Below are positions 11,514 to 21,387 of a DNA stretch of 64,000 bases, in pieces (position 1 is the first letter of the stretch; the number at the start of each line of letters is the position of its first letter). Source of the DNA: Candidatus Omnitrophota bacterium (GTDB taxonomy: Bacteria; Omnitrophota; Gorgyraeia; Gygaellales; Profunditerraquicolaceae); NCBI GenBank assembly GCA_030650425.1, contig JAUSED010000003.1:263903-327902 (forward strand), in the 5' to 3' direction. A program made the position numbers and the translations under genes. The notes beneath the pieces are model-generated. The model ran no database searches and was not told where the DNA came from. It saw only the letters and a program-made list of their open reading frames with translations.

Positions 11514-12787
11514 AAAATATCTATCATAAAGCGCGGCTAAATAACGGATTGAGGATTATTAGCCATGTTATTTCCGAGCGTCACTCTGCCGCCTTAGGTA
11601 TCTGGATATATGTCGGAGGAAGGTATGAAACTAGCGCGAATAAAGGGATCTCACATTTTTTAGAACATATTTTATTTAAAGGAACGAAAAAATACTCTTG
11701 CCGCCAGCTTAAGGAATCAATCGAGGGGATCGGTGGTTCCCTCAATGGTTTTACCTCTGAAGAATCCACCTGTTATCTGGTTAAGGTTCCCGCCAGCCGC
11801 ATCAATATCGGTTTAAGCGTCTTATCGGAGATGGTCATCAATCCGACTTTACCCGCTCAAGAGATTGAAAAAGAAAAAACCGTAATTCTGGAAGAGCTAA
11901 AAATGTATAAAGATCTTCCTCAAAGTTATGTATATGAGCTTTTGGATGAGTTACTTTGGCCAAATCAGCCATTGGGCGCGCCGATCATAGGAACGGTTGA
12001 TTCTGTAAGGGCTATTGACCGTAAGAAGCTGGCAGATTTTAAAGAAGAACATTATACAACCTCCAATATTGTGGTGAGCGCCTGCGGAAATATAGATTAT
12101 CGTCAATTAGAGCGAGGCGTAGAGAAAATATTCTCTAGCCTTAAAAGCGAAAGGCTGAATACTTTTACTGAGGCAAAAGAAAAACAAGGTAGGCCGGGTC
12201 TGAAAGTTTTTCCTAAGGATACGGAGCAAACGCATATGGCTTTGGGTTTTAGAAGTTTTAGAAGAGAGCATCCCTTAAAGCATGCCTTGGGTTTACTGCA
12301 TATTATATTAGGCGGAAATATGTCGAGCCGCCTCTTCAATGAATTAAGGGAGAAGCGCGGGCTGGCTTATGAAATAGGGACATTAGCCAAGCGTTTTCAG
12401 GATACAGGCGCGTTTGTGGTGCACGCCGGCATCGACAATAAAAAAGTATCCGAGGCGATTCAATTGATCCTGAAAGAATTAAAAAAGACGAAGGATCATT
12501 TGGTTACTGCCGATGAATTCAGGCGGGCTAAAGAATTCTATATTGGACAGTTAAAACTTGCGCTGGAAGATACCTTGGAATATATGCTTTGGATCGGCGA
12601 AAATACCCTGATGTTAGGCAAGACTTTTTCTTTGGATGAAATTATCGCTGAGGTAAACCGCGTGGATAGAGCGGATATCCGCGAGGTAGCGCGGAAGGTA
12701 TTTATCGACGATAATATTAACTTGAGCCTGATCGGCCCGTTGGCCGGAAAAGAAAATAAAATACGTCAAGGATTATACATAGGATAG
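11510..12787 (+). CDS. M16 family zinc peptidase (insulinase-like)
   Basis: 425 aa. Inverted zinc motif HFLEHILFKG (HxxEH) near the N-terminus plus a C-terminal inactive M16 half. Confidence 0.8.
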   Translation: MKNIYHKARLNNGLRIISHVISERHSAALGIWIYVGGRYETSANKGISHFLEHILFKGTKKYSCRQLKESIEGIGGSLNGFTSEESTCYLVKVPASRINIGLSVLSEMVINPTLPAQEIEKEKTVILEELKMYKDLPQSYVYELLDELLWPNQPLGAPIIGTVDSVRAIDRKKLADFKEEHYTTSNIVVSACGNIDYRQLERGVEKIFSSLKSERLNTFTEAKEKQGRPGLKVFPKDTEQTHMALGFRSFRREHPLKHALGLLHIILGGNMSSRLFNELREKRGLAYEIGTLAKRFQDTGAFVVHAGIDNKKVSEAIQLILKELKKTKDHLVTADEFRRAKEFYIGQLKLALEDTLEYMLWIGENTLMLGKTFSLDEIIAEVNRVDRADIREVARKVFIDDNINLSLIGPLAGKENKIRQGLYIG

Positions 12788-12790
12788 GCC

Positions 12791-13801
12791 ATGGCAATAT
12801 TTATTTTAATGTTTTTATTTAGTATCTTGGCGGTTATGTCTTTTTTCTTTGCGGTTGCCGAAACTTCAGTGATTGCCTTGAGTAAGATCCGGCTGCGCCA
12901 TATGGTTTCTCAAGGCATAAAACGCGCCCAGAGCATACAAAACCTGGTTACCAAGCTGGATAAATTTATCGCCGCTATCCTGGTCGGGAATGATTTCGTA
13001 AATATTGCCATGGCGGCTATTATGACTATATTGTTCGTGCCCTTATTTGGCGCCGGACTAGGCGCTACCATAGCTACTTTTATTACCACTTTATTTGTGC
13101 TCATCGTTTGCGATATAACCCCTAAAATGCTGGCCGCGAAACATACAGAAAAGTCAGCTCTCATTATCGCGCCCATGATGGAGGCGTTTATCAGGGCATT
13201 GAATCCTATCATTAATTTTTTTGTTAGTATAAGTAATTTTATCCTTCGAGTTTTTAATGTAGGCCCGAGTAACAGGTCCCCTCTTATTACCGAAGAAGAG
13301 CTGAGGGTGATGATCGAAGTCGGAAAGGAAGAAGGCGTATTAAGCGACGAGGAAAGAAAGATGCTGCATCGTATCTTTGAGTTCGGCGATACGAAAGTAA
13401 ATGATGTTATGGTGCCTAAGCAGAAAATGACCGCCGTCAATATCAATACCACTTCGGAAGAGCTGTTGAATATATTTGTAGAAGAAGGGCATGCCCGGCT
13501 GCCGGTTTTTAATGGGACGATTGATAATATCGTGGGAATTATTTATGCCCGCGACCTGCTTTATATATTAAGAGATAAAGGGCTTTTTCTTTTACAGGAT
13601 TTGGTGCACGAGGCTTATTATGTCCCGGAAAGTATGAGAGTAAATGAGCTTTTGAGAAAGTTTCAGCTGGATAAACTCCAGATAGCCATAGTGGTAGATA
13701 GCGCCAAGAAGACGCTGGGGCTGATTACTTTGGAAGACCTGATTGAGGAGATTGTCGGAGAGATAGAAGAGGAGCATGGGGCCCGGGAACCCCATAAATA
13801 A
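12791..13801 (+). CDS. DUF21/CNNM transmembrane domain plus CBS-pair protein (TlyC/CorC hemolysin family)
   Basis: 336 aa. Four N-terminal TM helices followed by tandem CBS domains. Confidence 0.8.
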   Translation: MAIFILMFLFSILAVMSFFFAVAETSVIALSKIRLRHMVSQGIKRAQSIQNLVTKLDKFIAAILVGNDFVNIAMAAIMTILFVPLFGAGLGATIATFITTLFVLIVCDITPKMLAAKHTEKSALIIAPMMEAFIRALNPIINFFVSISNFILRVFNVGPSNRSPLITEEELRVMIEVGKEEGVLSDEERKMLHRIFEFGDTKVNDVMVPKQKMTAVNINTTSEELLNIFVEEGHARLPVFNGTIDNIVGIIYARDLLYILRDKGLFLLQDLVHEAYYVPESMRVNELLRKFQLDKLQIAIVVDSAKKTLGLITLEDLIEEIVGEIEEEHGAREPHK

Positions 13802-13804
13802 AAA

Positions 13805-13832
13805 TTGACCTTTAAATTAAAAGTTGTATAAT
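13805..13832 (+). promoter_or_regulatory. sigma70-like promoter (TTGACC-16-TATAAT) for the small zinc-ribbon gene
   Basis: TTGACC at 13805-13810 and TATAAT at 13827-13832, about 35 nt upstream of a strong AAGGAGG RBS. Confidence 0.4.
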
Positions 13833-13868
13833 AAAAAACAATAAGTTCCACAAACAAGGAGGAATGAA

Positions 13869-14018
13869 ATGGCAGAGAAAGGTTATTGCGTCAAATGCAA
13901 ATCCAAAAAAGAGATGAAAGATGAGCAGAAAGTAACGATGAAGAACGGCCGTAACGCAATGAAAGGAAAATGTACTTCTTGCGGCACTGGTATGTATAAA
14001 ATCTTAGGCGGCAAATAA
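13869..14018 (+). CDS. small (50 aa) zinc-ribbon protein, DUF5679-like
   Basis: Not in the ORF track because it is under 60 aa. MAEKGYCVKCKSKKEM...KCTSCGTGMYKILGGK has two CxxC pairs. AAGGAGG RBS 7 nt upstream. Confidence 0.6.
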   Translation: MAEKGYCVKCKSKKEMKDEQKVTMKNGRNAMKGKCTSCGTGMYKILGGK

Positions 14019-14044
14019 CTTTATTAATATAAGAGGTCGGATCA

Positions 14045-14401
14045 ATAGATACAAAAAAGTTAGCTCAACGTATCGCGGTAGCTGCTAAGTCGAAAAAAGC
14101 GCAGAAGGTAGTAATCTTGGATATGCGTAAGGTTGCCGCCTTCTGCGATTATTTTATTATTGCAAGCGCCACATCCTTAAGGCACGCGAATGCCGTTGCC
14201 CGGGGGATAGAGGAAGATTTAGCCAAGGATCATATAAAATCACTCTCCAAATTTCCTGTTAACGATGAATCAGGGTGGGTGGTTTTGGATTTTGGTTCAG
14301 CCATTGCGCACGTATTCTATAAGCCGGTGCGCGAGTTTTACGCTTTAGAGCGCCTCTGGTCTGACGCAAAGAAGGTAGCCCTCCCACGTAAGCCGCACTA
14401 A
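14045..14401 (+). CDS. rsfS: ribosomal silencing factor RsfS (Iojap)
   Basis: Conserved RsfS core (LDMRKVAAFCDYFIIASATS...WVVLDFGSAIAHVF). The conserved N-terminal helix (TKKLAQRIAVAAKSKK) is in frame upstream of the track's TTG at 14117. The only in-frame candidate start is ATA at 14045, after an AAGAGG RBS, so the start coordinate is uncertain. Confidence 0.7.
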   Translation: MDTKKLAQRIAVAAKSKKAQKVVILDMRKVAAFCDYFIIASATSLRHANAVARGIEEDLAKDHIKSLSKFPVNDESGWVVLDFGSAIAHVFYKPVREFYALERLWSDAKKVALPRKPH

Positions 14402-14407
14402 TTTTAA

Positions 14408-16045
14408 ATGAAAGAGAACATCCAGGAGCAAGTAACTAATCTAATCAAGTCTGCCTTAAAGGAAGCGGGTTTAGATCCTTCCTTAAGCGAAGAGTTGTAT
14501 TTAGATATCCCCGCGGAGAGCCGTTTCGGAGACCTGAGCGCGAATGTCGCCATGCGCCTGGCTAAGCCTTTAGGGAAATCTCCTCGCGAGATAGCTAATA
14601 ATTTAATCGCGGAAATCAATAAGCAGATAGTTAAGAGTTCCTTAAAAGATGATATTAAGGAAATTAAAGTCGAAGGCGCCGGATTCATTAATTTTTATTT
14701 TAGCGATAAATATTTCTATGAGCAGCTGCAGGATATTGTAAAGCGGGAAAAAGAAAGCCTCAAGGTTAATCTCGGTGAAGAAAAGCCCGTATTAATCGAA
14801 TTTGTCAGCGCCAATCCTACCGGTTCGCTCTCGGTGGCCCACGCCCGTCAAGCAGCAGTAGGGGATGCCTTGGCGAATATCCTAAACTTTTTAGGTTTTC
14901 AGGTTAAAAGAGAATATTACCTTAATGATCAGGGAAATCAGATCAATATTCTCGGTAATTCCGTTGAATTAAGAATGAAGGAACTCGCAGGAGAGAAGAT
15001 AGAATTTCCGGAAAACTATTATCAAGGCGAGTATATTTATGAAATCGCCAAGCAAGCTCAGGAAAAAAAGATAGCAACGCGAGATTTGGGAGATTTTTCC
15101 GCAAATTTTATTCTAAACATAATTAAAAAAGAACTGGATGATTTCGGTGTAAAATTTGACTATTGGTATTCTCAGAAAGCACTGGAAAAGAGCGACAAGA
15201 TTCAAAAGGCCTTCGAGTATTTAAAGAAGAAAGGTTTCCTTTATGAGCAGGAGGGCGCCCTCTGGTTCAAATCTACTGCTTTTGACGATGATAAAGACAG
15301 GGTGGTGATTAAAAGCGACGGATCCTACACTTATCTAGCCCCTGATATTGCCTATCATGACGATAAATATAAGCGCGGGTTTAGATGGTTAATCAATCTT
15401 TGGGGCCCTGATCATCACGGATACATCAGCAGGCTTAAGGCTTCAGTGGCAGCCTTCGGACGCGATCCGGATTCGCTGGCAATAGTTATTGTGCAGTTAG
15501 CGACGATCTTTAGGGATGGCAGGCCTGTGCAGATGTCCACCCGCCGCGGAGAGTATATAACCTTAAGAGAGGTATTGGATGAAGTGGGCAGGGATGCCGC
15601 CAGGTTCTTTTTTCTTATGCGGCGTACCTCCAGCCACTTGGATTTTGATTTGGATGTCGCCAAAAAACAGAGTTCCGAGAATCCGGTATATTATGTGCAA
15701 TACGCCCATGCGCGTATCTCGAGTATTGTGCGCAACTCTACGCTTAAATTAAATAAAGATACGGATTTATCAGTTTTAAAAGAAAAAGAAGAATTAGCTT
15801 TAATCAGGAAGATACTGCAATTTTCCTATATTTTAAATATTTGCCTGAAGACCCGGGATCCCTATATGCTCACGGTTTATCTGCAGGAGCTCTCCGAGAC
15901 CTTCCATAAATTCTATGATTTGCATCGTGTTTTAAGCGATGATGCCGAGCTTACCCAGGGAAGGCTTTGTCTTATCGAAGGAACAAGGATCGTGATTGCC
16001 TGCGGCTTGGATCTATTGGGTGTCTCTAAGCCTGAAAAGATGTAA
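14408..16045 (+). CDS. argS: arginine--tRNA ligase
   Basis: 545 aa class-I aaRS with ArgS N-terminal add-1 domain and C-terminal DALR domain (ENPVYYVQYAHARI). Confidence 0.95.
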   Translation: MKENIQEQVTNLIKSALKEAGLDPSLSEELYLDIPAESRFGDLSANVAMRLAKPLGKSPREIANNLIAEINKQIVKSSLKDDIKEIKVEGAGFINFYFSDKYFYEQLQDIVKREKESLKVNLGEEKPVLIEFVSANPTGSLSVAHARQAAVGDALANILNFLGFQVKREYYLNDQGNQINILGNSVELRMKELAGEKIEFPENYYQGEYIYEIAKQAQEKKIATRDLGDFSANFILNIIKKELDDFGVKFDYWYSQKALEKSDKIQKAFEYLKKKGFLYEQEGALWFKSTAFDDDKDRVVIKSDGSYTYLAPDIAYHDDKYKRGFRWLINLWGPDHHGYISRLKASVAAFGRDPDSLAIVIVQLATIFRDGRPVQMSTRRGEYITLREVLDEVGRDAARFFFLMRRTSSHLDFDLDVAKKQSSENPVYYVQYAHARISSIVRNSTLKLNKDTDLSVLKEKEELALIRKILQFSYILNICLKTRDPYMLTVYLQELSETFHKFYDLHRVLSDDAELTQGRLCLIEGTRIVIACGLDLLGVSKPEKM

Positions 16046-16048
16046 CTT

Positions 16049-17737
16049 ATGCACTCCCACAAGATATTAAGAATCGCCTCCTCTCATACGCGCCTTCAAA
16101 ATGAATTAATCCAAGAACTCAAAATTTCTAAAATCCTTGCCCAGATTTTGATCAATCGCGGGTTCACTAGCGTTACGGAAGCACAAAACTTTATTGACGT
16201 AAAGCCAGGCCATTTACTCGACCCGTTTTCTTTTCATTCCATGCAGAGGGCGATTAACCGCATTAAAGAAGCTCAAAGTAGAAAAGAAAAAGTGATGATT
16301 TTTGGAGATTATGATGTTGACGGAGTAACCAGCGTTGCCCTGCTAAAGGGGGTTCTGGAAAGATCCGGTTTGAATGTCTCTCACTATATTCCACATAGGA
16401 TAAGAGATGGATACGGCCTGACTAGGGATATCGGGCATATCGCTAAAGAGAAGAAGATAAAACTTTTAATTACAGTTGATTGCGGTATCGCTAATCACCG
16501 CGAGGTAGAGGAATTAAGTAAGCATAATGTCGATACGATTATTACCGATCATCATGAGCCGCAAAGGGATGCTTTGCCTTCCGCCGTAAGCATAATTAAT
16601 CCGAAAGCCAAAGACTCTGGTTATAAATTCCGGGAACTGGCAGGAGTCGGCGTTGTCTATAAACTTTGTCAGGCATTAAGTAACTCCAGACTAACTGACG
16701 AGCTGGATCTAGTGGCCTTAGGGACAGTGGCTGACGTCGTTCCCTTGACCGGAGAGAATCGCGTAATCGTTAAAGAAGGATTACTTAGGCTGGCTAAGAC
16801 TAAGAAACCGGGGTTGGCTGCGCTGATTGCAGGCGCGGGGATAAAAAATAAGAAATTCAACGCTACTTCTATAAGTTTTATGCTCGCTCCGCGCTTAAAT
16901 GCTGCAGGCCGGATGGATTCGGCGGAAACTTCTTTAAAATTATTAATGAGCGCGGATTCCCAAGAAGCAGGGGAGATTGTCCGTCAACTTGAACAGCATA
17001 ACCGCTCTCGCCAGAAAATTGAAGGTAAGATTATGGAGGAGGCAGAGGATATTATCAACAAGGAAATCAATTTTAAGGAGCATAAAGTTATTGTGGTAGC
17101 TAAAGAAGATTGGCATCAGGGTGTTTTGGGGATTGTGGCGGCGAAGCTGGCGGACAGGTTTTACCGCCCGACAATCGTCATCTCGCTAAACGATAAGATG
17201 TGCAAGGGCTCAGGACGTTCAATCAAAAATTTTCATTTATTTTCGGCGCTTAAAGAATGCCGGGAATTTTTACACACCTTTGGAGGACATGCTCATGCCG
17301 CCGGCCTGATGATTACGCGCGATAGGATTAATGATTTTAAGCAGAGTATAAACCGGTTCGCGCACGAAAAATTGTCCATTGAAGATCTTTTACCGGGTTT
17401 AGATGTTGATATGGAATTGAATCTAGCGGATTTAAACGAGAGCGCGGTAGAGGAGCTGGAGAAATTAGAGCCCTTTGGCGCGGGAAACCCCGAGCCGCTT
17501 TTTTATACCCGTAACCTTAAGTTAAAAGGCCAGCCGCAAAGCTTAGCGCGTCAAACTTTGAAATTCTGGGTTACTGACGGTAAGGCCAGTTTACAGGTAA
17601 TTGGCTTTGGGATGGAGGGGCTGCGTATGAGCCTGATTGAGGCGAATGCGCTGGATATAGTCTATACCCCGCGCATGGATAACTGGCTGGATAATTCCTC
17701 GATCATTTTAGAGGTTAAAGATATTTTCTTTAAGTAG
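16049..17737 (+). CDS. recJ: single-stranded-DNA-specific exonuclease RecJ
   Basis: 562 aa. DHH (ITDHHEP) and DHHA1 domains plus a C-terminal OB-fold-like region. Confidence 0.9.
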   Translation: MHSHKILRIASSHTRLQNELIQELKISKILAQILINRGFTSVTEAQNFIDVKPGHLLDPFSFHSMQRAINRIKEAQSRKEKVMIFGDYDVDGVTSVALLKGVLERSGLNVSHYIPHRIRDGYGLTRDIGHIAKEKKIKLLITVDCGIANHREVEELSKHNVDTIITDHHEPQRDALPSAVSIINPKAKDSGYKFRELAGVGVVYKLCQALSNSRLTDELDLVALGTVADVVPLTGENRVIVKEGLLRLAKTKKPGLAALIAGAGIKNKKFNATSISFMLAPRLNAAGRMDSAETSLKLLMSADSQEAGEIVRQLEQHNRSRQKIEGKIMEEAEDIINKEINFKEHKVIVVAKEDWHQGVLGIVAAKLADRFYRPTIVISLNDKMCKGSGRSIKNFHLFSALKECREFLHTFGGHAHAAGLMITRDRINDFKQSINRFAHEKLSIEDLLPGLDVDMELNLADLNESAVEELEKLEPFGAGNPEPLFYTRNLKLKGQPQSLARQTLKFWVTDGKASLQVIGFGMEGLRMSLIEANALDIVYTPRMDNWLDNSSIILEVKDIFFK

Positions 17738-17749
17738 GATAGGGGAAGT

Positions 17750-17977
17750 TTAGGCTCTCTTAAGCTCGCCTTTTTTAATACACTTTGCGCAGACGTAGAC
17801 TCTTTTGGCATGACCCTTAATAAGGATCCGCATCTTTTGTAAATTAGGAAGGAATTTACGCATCGTCCAGCGGCTGATCTTGGAACCTGTGCCGCCTTTG
17901 GCTTTGTATTGGCCTTTGCGCGTAACAGTTTTACCTTTAAGCGCGCCTTTTCCGCATAAAGCACATTTTTTAAGCAT
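17750..17977 (-). CDS. rpmB: 50S ribosomal protein L28
   Basis: 75 aa. MLKKCALCGKGALKGKTVTRKG... is typical of L28. Confidence 0.95.
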   Translation of the reverse strand: MLKKCALCGKGALKGKTVTRKGQYKAKGGTGSKISRWTMRKFLPNLQKMRILIKGHAKRVYVCAKCIKKGELKRA

Positions 17978-18043
17978 TTTTATTACTCCTTAATTAGGTA
18001 ATTAAGTATACTTGAATTTTGTATCTTGTCAAGATAGAATATA

Positions 18044-20959
18044 ATGCAGATGAATAATATTTTAGAAGGGCTAAATCACGAGCAGAGAGAGGCGGTTACC
18101 TATGAAGAAGGACCGCTTTTGATTATTGCCGGAGCAGGTACAGGCAAAACCACGGTGATTACGCGCAGGATTGCCTGGCTTTTATCCGAAGGATTATGTA
18201 AAACCAACGAAATTTTGGCGCTCACCTTTACGGATAAGGCAGCCCGTCAGATGCAGGATCGCGTAGATGAGTTAGTTCCTTACGGTTATACGGATATCTG
18301 GATTTCTACCTTTCACGCTTTTGGCGACAAACTTCTACGCGAAAACGCCCTGATTGCCGGGCTAAATCCGGATTTTAAGGTCTTAACACGGAGCGAGGCC
18401 GCGGTTTTCTTCCGCGAGCATATTTTCCAGTTCAGTCTAAATTATTTTCGTCCGCTTGCCGATCCTACGCGTTTTATCGAAGCCTTAATTCAGCTTTTTA
18501 GCCGGGCCAAAGACGAAGATATCTCACCTGAAGCGTATATAAAATTCGCTCAAGACTTAAGTCTAAAAGCTAAAGAGAGCCCCGAAGACCTTGCTCTTCA
18601 GGAAGAATCAATTCAACATCTGGAAGTCGCTTGCGCCTATGCCAAATATCAGGAGTTATTAGCCAAAGAAGGCTTGCTTGATTTTGGCAACCAATTTTAT
18701 CTGGCCTTAAATCTATTGCGCGCTCATCCGAGTATTCTCAAGAAATACCAGCAGCAGTTTAAATATATTTTAGTTGATGAATTTCAAGATACAAACTTCG
18801 CGCAATACCAATTGGTGAAATTAATCAACAAGGAGAATGGAAATATCAACGTTTGCGGAGATGATGACCAGTGTATCTATAGGTTTCGCGGAGCGGCATA
18901 CTCTAATTTATTAAGTTTTATCCGAGATTTTCCTAATGGGAAAAGTATAAGTATCGTACAGAATTATCGTTCTACCCAAGCTATTTTAGACAGCGCTTAC
19001 CGCCTGATTCAGCAGAATAACCCTGAACGTTTTGAGATTAAGGCTAAGATTAATAAGCGGCTGATCGGGTTAAGTAAAGAAGGTCAAGCGCCGCAACATC
19101 TGCATTTCGACTCAATCTCCACCGAAGCGGATAATGTAACAAAGATAATCAAAGATAAGGTAAAGTCAGGAAGTTTTAAATATAATGATTTTGCGCTTTT
19201 AGTCCGTTCTAATTCTGACGCCGAATCTTTTATTCAGGCCTTGAATTTAGAAGATATACCTTGGCAGTTTAGCGGGAATCAGGGTCTTTATACGAGGGAG
19301 GAAGTAAAGCTATGTATTAATTTCTTAAGGGTAGCCGCGAATTTATCCGATTCTTTAAGCTTATATTATTTAGTCAGCTCGGAAATATACGAATTAAACC
19401 TAATTGACCTTAATGCCTGTAGTCATTATGCCCGGCGCAGAAATAGATCGCTCTATTCGGTTTTTACGGAGTTAGCCGCAATCGAAGAATTAAAAGGGAT
19501 AGCAGAGGAGAGCCGCGGAAAAATAGAAAAAATTTTGGCGGATTTGGAGAAATTCTTAAAAATTTCCCGTGAAAAGACTACCGGTAGGTTGCTTTATACT
19601 TTCCTTACGGATACGGGTTATTTAAAAAAGCTCACTAAACATCAAAATTTGGAAAATGAAACTAAAATCCAGAATATCGCTAAGTTTTTTAATAATGTCC
19701 GTGACTTCGAACTGGTGGCTAAAGAAGACCGGGTGATTAGCTTTGTGAACTACCTTAATCTTTTGATTGAAGCCGGAGATGACCCGCCGACAGCTGAAGC
19801 TGACTTGGATACTGACGCGGTGAATATCTTGACTATTCATAAAGCCAAAGGCCTTGAATTTAGAGTTGTGTTTTTGGTTAGCCTTGTACAGGGCCGTTTT
19901 CCCTGGCCACGCCGCTCTCAGGCCATCGAACTCCCGGATTCTTTAATCAAGGAAGTTTTGCCGACAGGGGATTTTCATATTCAGGAAGAGAGGCGCCTAT
20001 TTTATGTCGGTTTGACCCGCGCCAAGGAAGAGTTATATTTAACTAGCGCCGAAGATTACGGCGGTAAGCGGCTGCGCCGGGTGAGCCAGTTTGTTTTTGA
20101 GGCATTAGGGACTGAGAATAAGGAAAAAGAGAAGAAAAAAGCCAGCAGTTTAGAGGCAATTCAGCGTTTCGCGCCGAGAAAAGATTCAATTAAGCCGGTA
20201 ATGAAGAAAATTAACGCGGAATCGCCGGTGCATTTAACTTATTACCAAATAGATGATTACCTGACTTGCCCGCTTAAATATAAATACGTAAATATCCTGC
20301 GCGTGCCGATTATGGAACATCATACGGTTATTTACGGCCGGGCAATGCACGAAGCTGTAACCAAATATTATCAGTATCGCCTCGCCGGTAAGGAGATGAA
20401 ACTAGGCGAACTTTTGGATGCCTTTAAGAACAGCTTTGACCCGCAGGGATTTTTGGATAAGGCCCATCAGGAGGAGCGTTTTAGGGTTGGCCTAGAGGCG
20501 CTGAATCGTTTCTTCCACGCGGAAGAAGAGCGGATGAAAGAACCGAAATTTATCGAAAAAGATTTTTCCTTTATGTTCGCGGGGAATAAAATTACCGGCA
20601 GATTTGACCGCGTAGACGAAGATGGTGAAGAAGCGGTAATTGTGGATTTTAAGACCTCCGAGGTTAAAGCGCAAAAAATCGCGGATAAAAAGGCCTCAGA
20701 GAGCCTGCAGCTCGCGCTTTATTCACTGGCCTATCAAAATATTTTTGGAAAGTTACCCAGCCGGGTTGAGCTTTATTTCTTAGAGTCAGGAATTATCGGA
20801 AGCTATGCTATCGAAGAAGAAGATTTGGATGCAATAAAGGATAAGCTAAAAGAAGTTGCTGAGGGGATCCGTAAGCAGAATTTTGAGGCTACACCAACAT
20901 ACATGGCCTGCAGTTATTGCGCTTATAACCAGATTTGTCCCTTTGCCAAGATTCGTTAG
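18044..20959 (+). CDS. UvrD/REP-family ATP-dependent DNA helicase fused to a C-terminal PD-(D/E)xK (Cas4/AddB-like) nuclease domain with a 4Cys Fe-S cluster
   Basis: 971 aa. Walker A AGAGTGKT, UvrD motifs (TFHAFGDKL, VDEFQDTN, IHKAKGLEF). The C-terminus has C...CxxCxxxxxC (TCPLKY...CSYCAYNQICPF) as in Cas4/AddB nucleases. The start could instead be the second ATG at 18050. Confidence 0.85.
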   Translation: MQMNNILEGLNHEQREAVTYEEGPLLIIAGAGTGKTTVITRRIAWLLSEGLCKTNEILALTFTDKAARQMQDRVDELVPYGYTDIWISTFHAFGDKLLRENALIAGLNPDFKVLTRSEAAVFFREHIFQFSLNYFRPLADPTRFIEALIQLFSRAKDEDISPEAYIKFAQDLSLKAKESPEDLALQEESIQHLEVACAYAKYQELLAKEGLLDFGNQFYLALNLLRAHPSILKKYQQQFKYILVDEFQDTNFAQYQLVKLINKENGNINVCGDDDQCIYRFRGAAYSNLLSFIRDFPNGKSISIVQNYRSTQAILDSAYRLIQQNNPERFEIKAKINKRLIGLSKEGQAPQHLHFDSISTEADNVTKIIKDKVKSGSFKYNDFALLVRSNSDAESFIQALNLEDIPWQFSGNQGLYTREEVKLCINFLRVAANLSDSLSLYYLVSSEIYELNLIDLNACSHYARRRNRSLYSVFTELAAIEELKGIAEESRGKIEKILADLEKFLKISREKTTGRLLYTFLTDTGYLKKLTKHQNLENETKIQNIAKFFNNVRDFELVAKEDRVISFVNYLNLLIEAGDDPPTAEADLDTDAVNILTIHKAKGLEFRVVFLVSLVQGRFPWPRRSQAIELPDSLIKEVLPTGDFHIQEERRLFYVGLTRAKEELYLTSAEDYGGKRLRRVSQFVFEALGTENKEKEKKKASSLEAIQRFAPRKDSIKPVMKKINAESPVHLTYYQIDDYLTCPLKYKYVNILRVPIMEHHTVIYGRAMHEAVTKYYQYRLAGKEMKLGELLDAFKNSFDPQGFLDKAHQEERFRVGLEALNRFFHAEEERMKEPKFIEKDFSFMFAGNKITGRFDRVDEDGEEAVIVDFKTSEVKAQKIADKKASESLQLALYSLAYQNIFGKLPSRVELYFLESGIIGSYAIEEEDLDAIKDKLKEVAEGIRKQNFEATPTYMACSYCAYNQICPFAKIR

Positions 20960-21014
20960 CCTTTAAATAATTATCATTGAATTAATCGGTATTTAACGTT
21001 AAAATAAACGTCCT

Positions 21015-21371
21015 ATGAAAAGATTTGTCTTGTACCTTATTCGTTGGCAGTTAAGCACGCCCATATTGTGGTTGGCAGTCAGGCAGCTGGGGACGAGCAT
21101 CTATGCTACGGTAATTGCCAATCTCATCGGCGGCGCGATCTTCTTTTGGGTGGATAGGTTTATTTTTACTTCCAAGGCGATCGAGGTATGGCACCTTAAG
21201 GAAGGTAGGTGCGATAAGTGTGGAACAAGCTCACATTTATGGCGCTTGGTTAAAACTGTAAATTACGATAAAAGCGATGCCCGGCCGGTATTTCTATGCA
21301 TGAAATGTTCAAAAGAGAAAACCGATGAGTTAAGGGCTAAAGGTATTGCTGTGCGCGGTAGGAGCAAATAA
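21015..21371 (+). CDS. hypothetical small membrane protein (2 TM, GtrA-like half) with C-terminal CxxC...CxxC zinc ribbon
   Basis: 118 aa. Hydrophobic N-terminal half, then CDKCGTSS...CMKCSKE. No confidently recognisable family and a weak RBS. Confidence 0.45.
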   Translation: MKRFVLYLIRWQLSTPILWLAVRQLGTSIYATVIANLIGGAIFFWVDRFIFTSKAIEVWHLKEGRCDKCGTSSHLWRLVKTVNYDKSDARPVFLCMKCSKEKTDELRAKGIAVRGRSK

Positions 21372-21387
21372 CGAAAGGAGTAATGAA

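Noticed and set aside
12910-13452. Long antisense ORFs embedded in genes (e.g. 12910-13452 -, 26481-27005 -, 28234-28641 -, 30483-30980 -, 33310-33945 -)
   Set aside because: Each is fully contained within, and antisense to, a confidently identified conserved gene and has no RBS or recognisable protein features. They are typical shadow ORFs.
18012-18046. Leaderless-transcript promoter (TTGAAT-17-TAGAAT) for the helicase-nuclease gene
   Set aside because: The hexamers are weak, the -10 overlaps the candidate start codons, and the divergent rpmB promoter must share this 66-bp region. The evidence is insufficient to call it.
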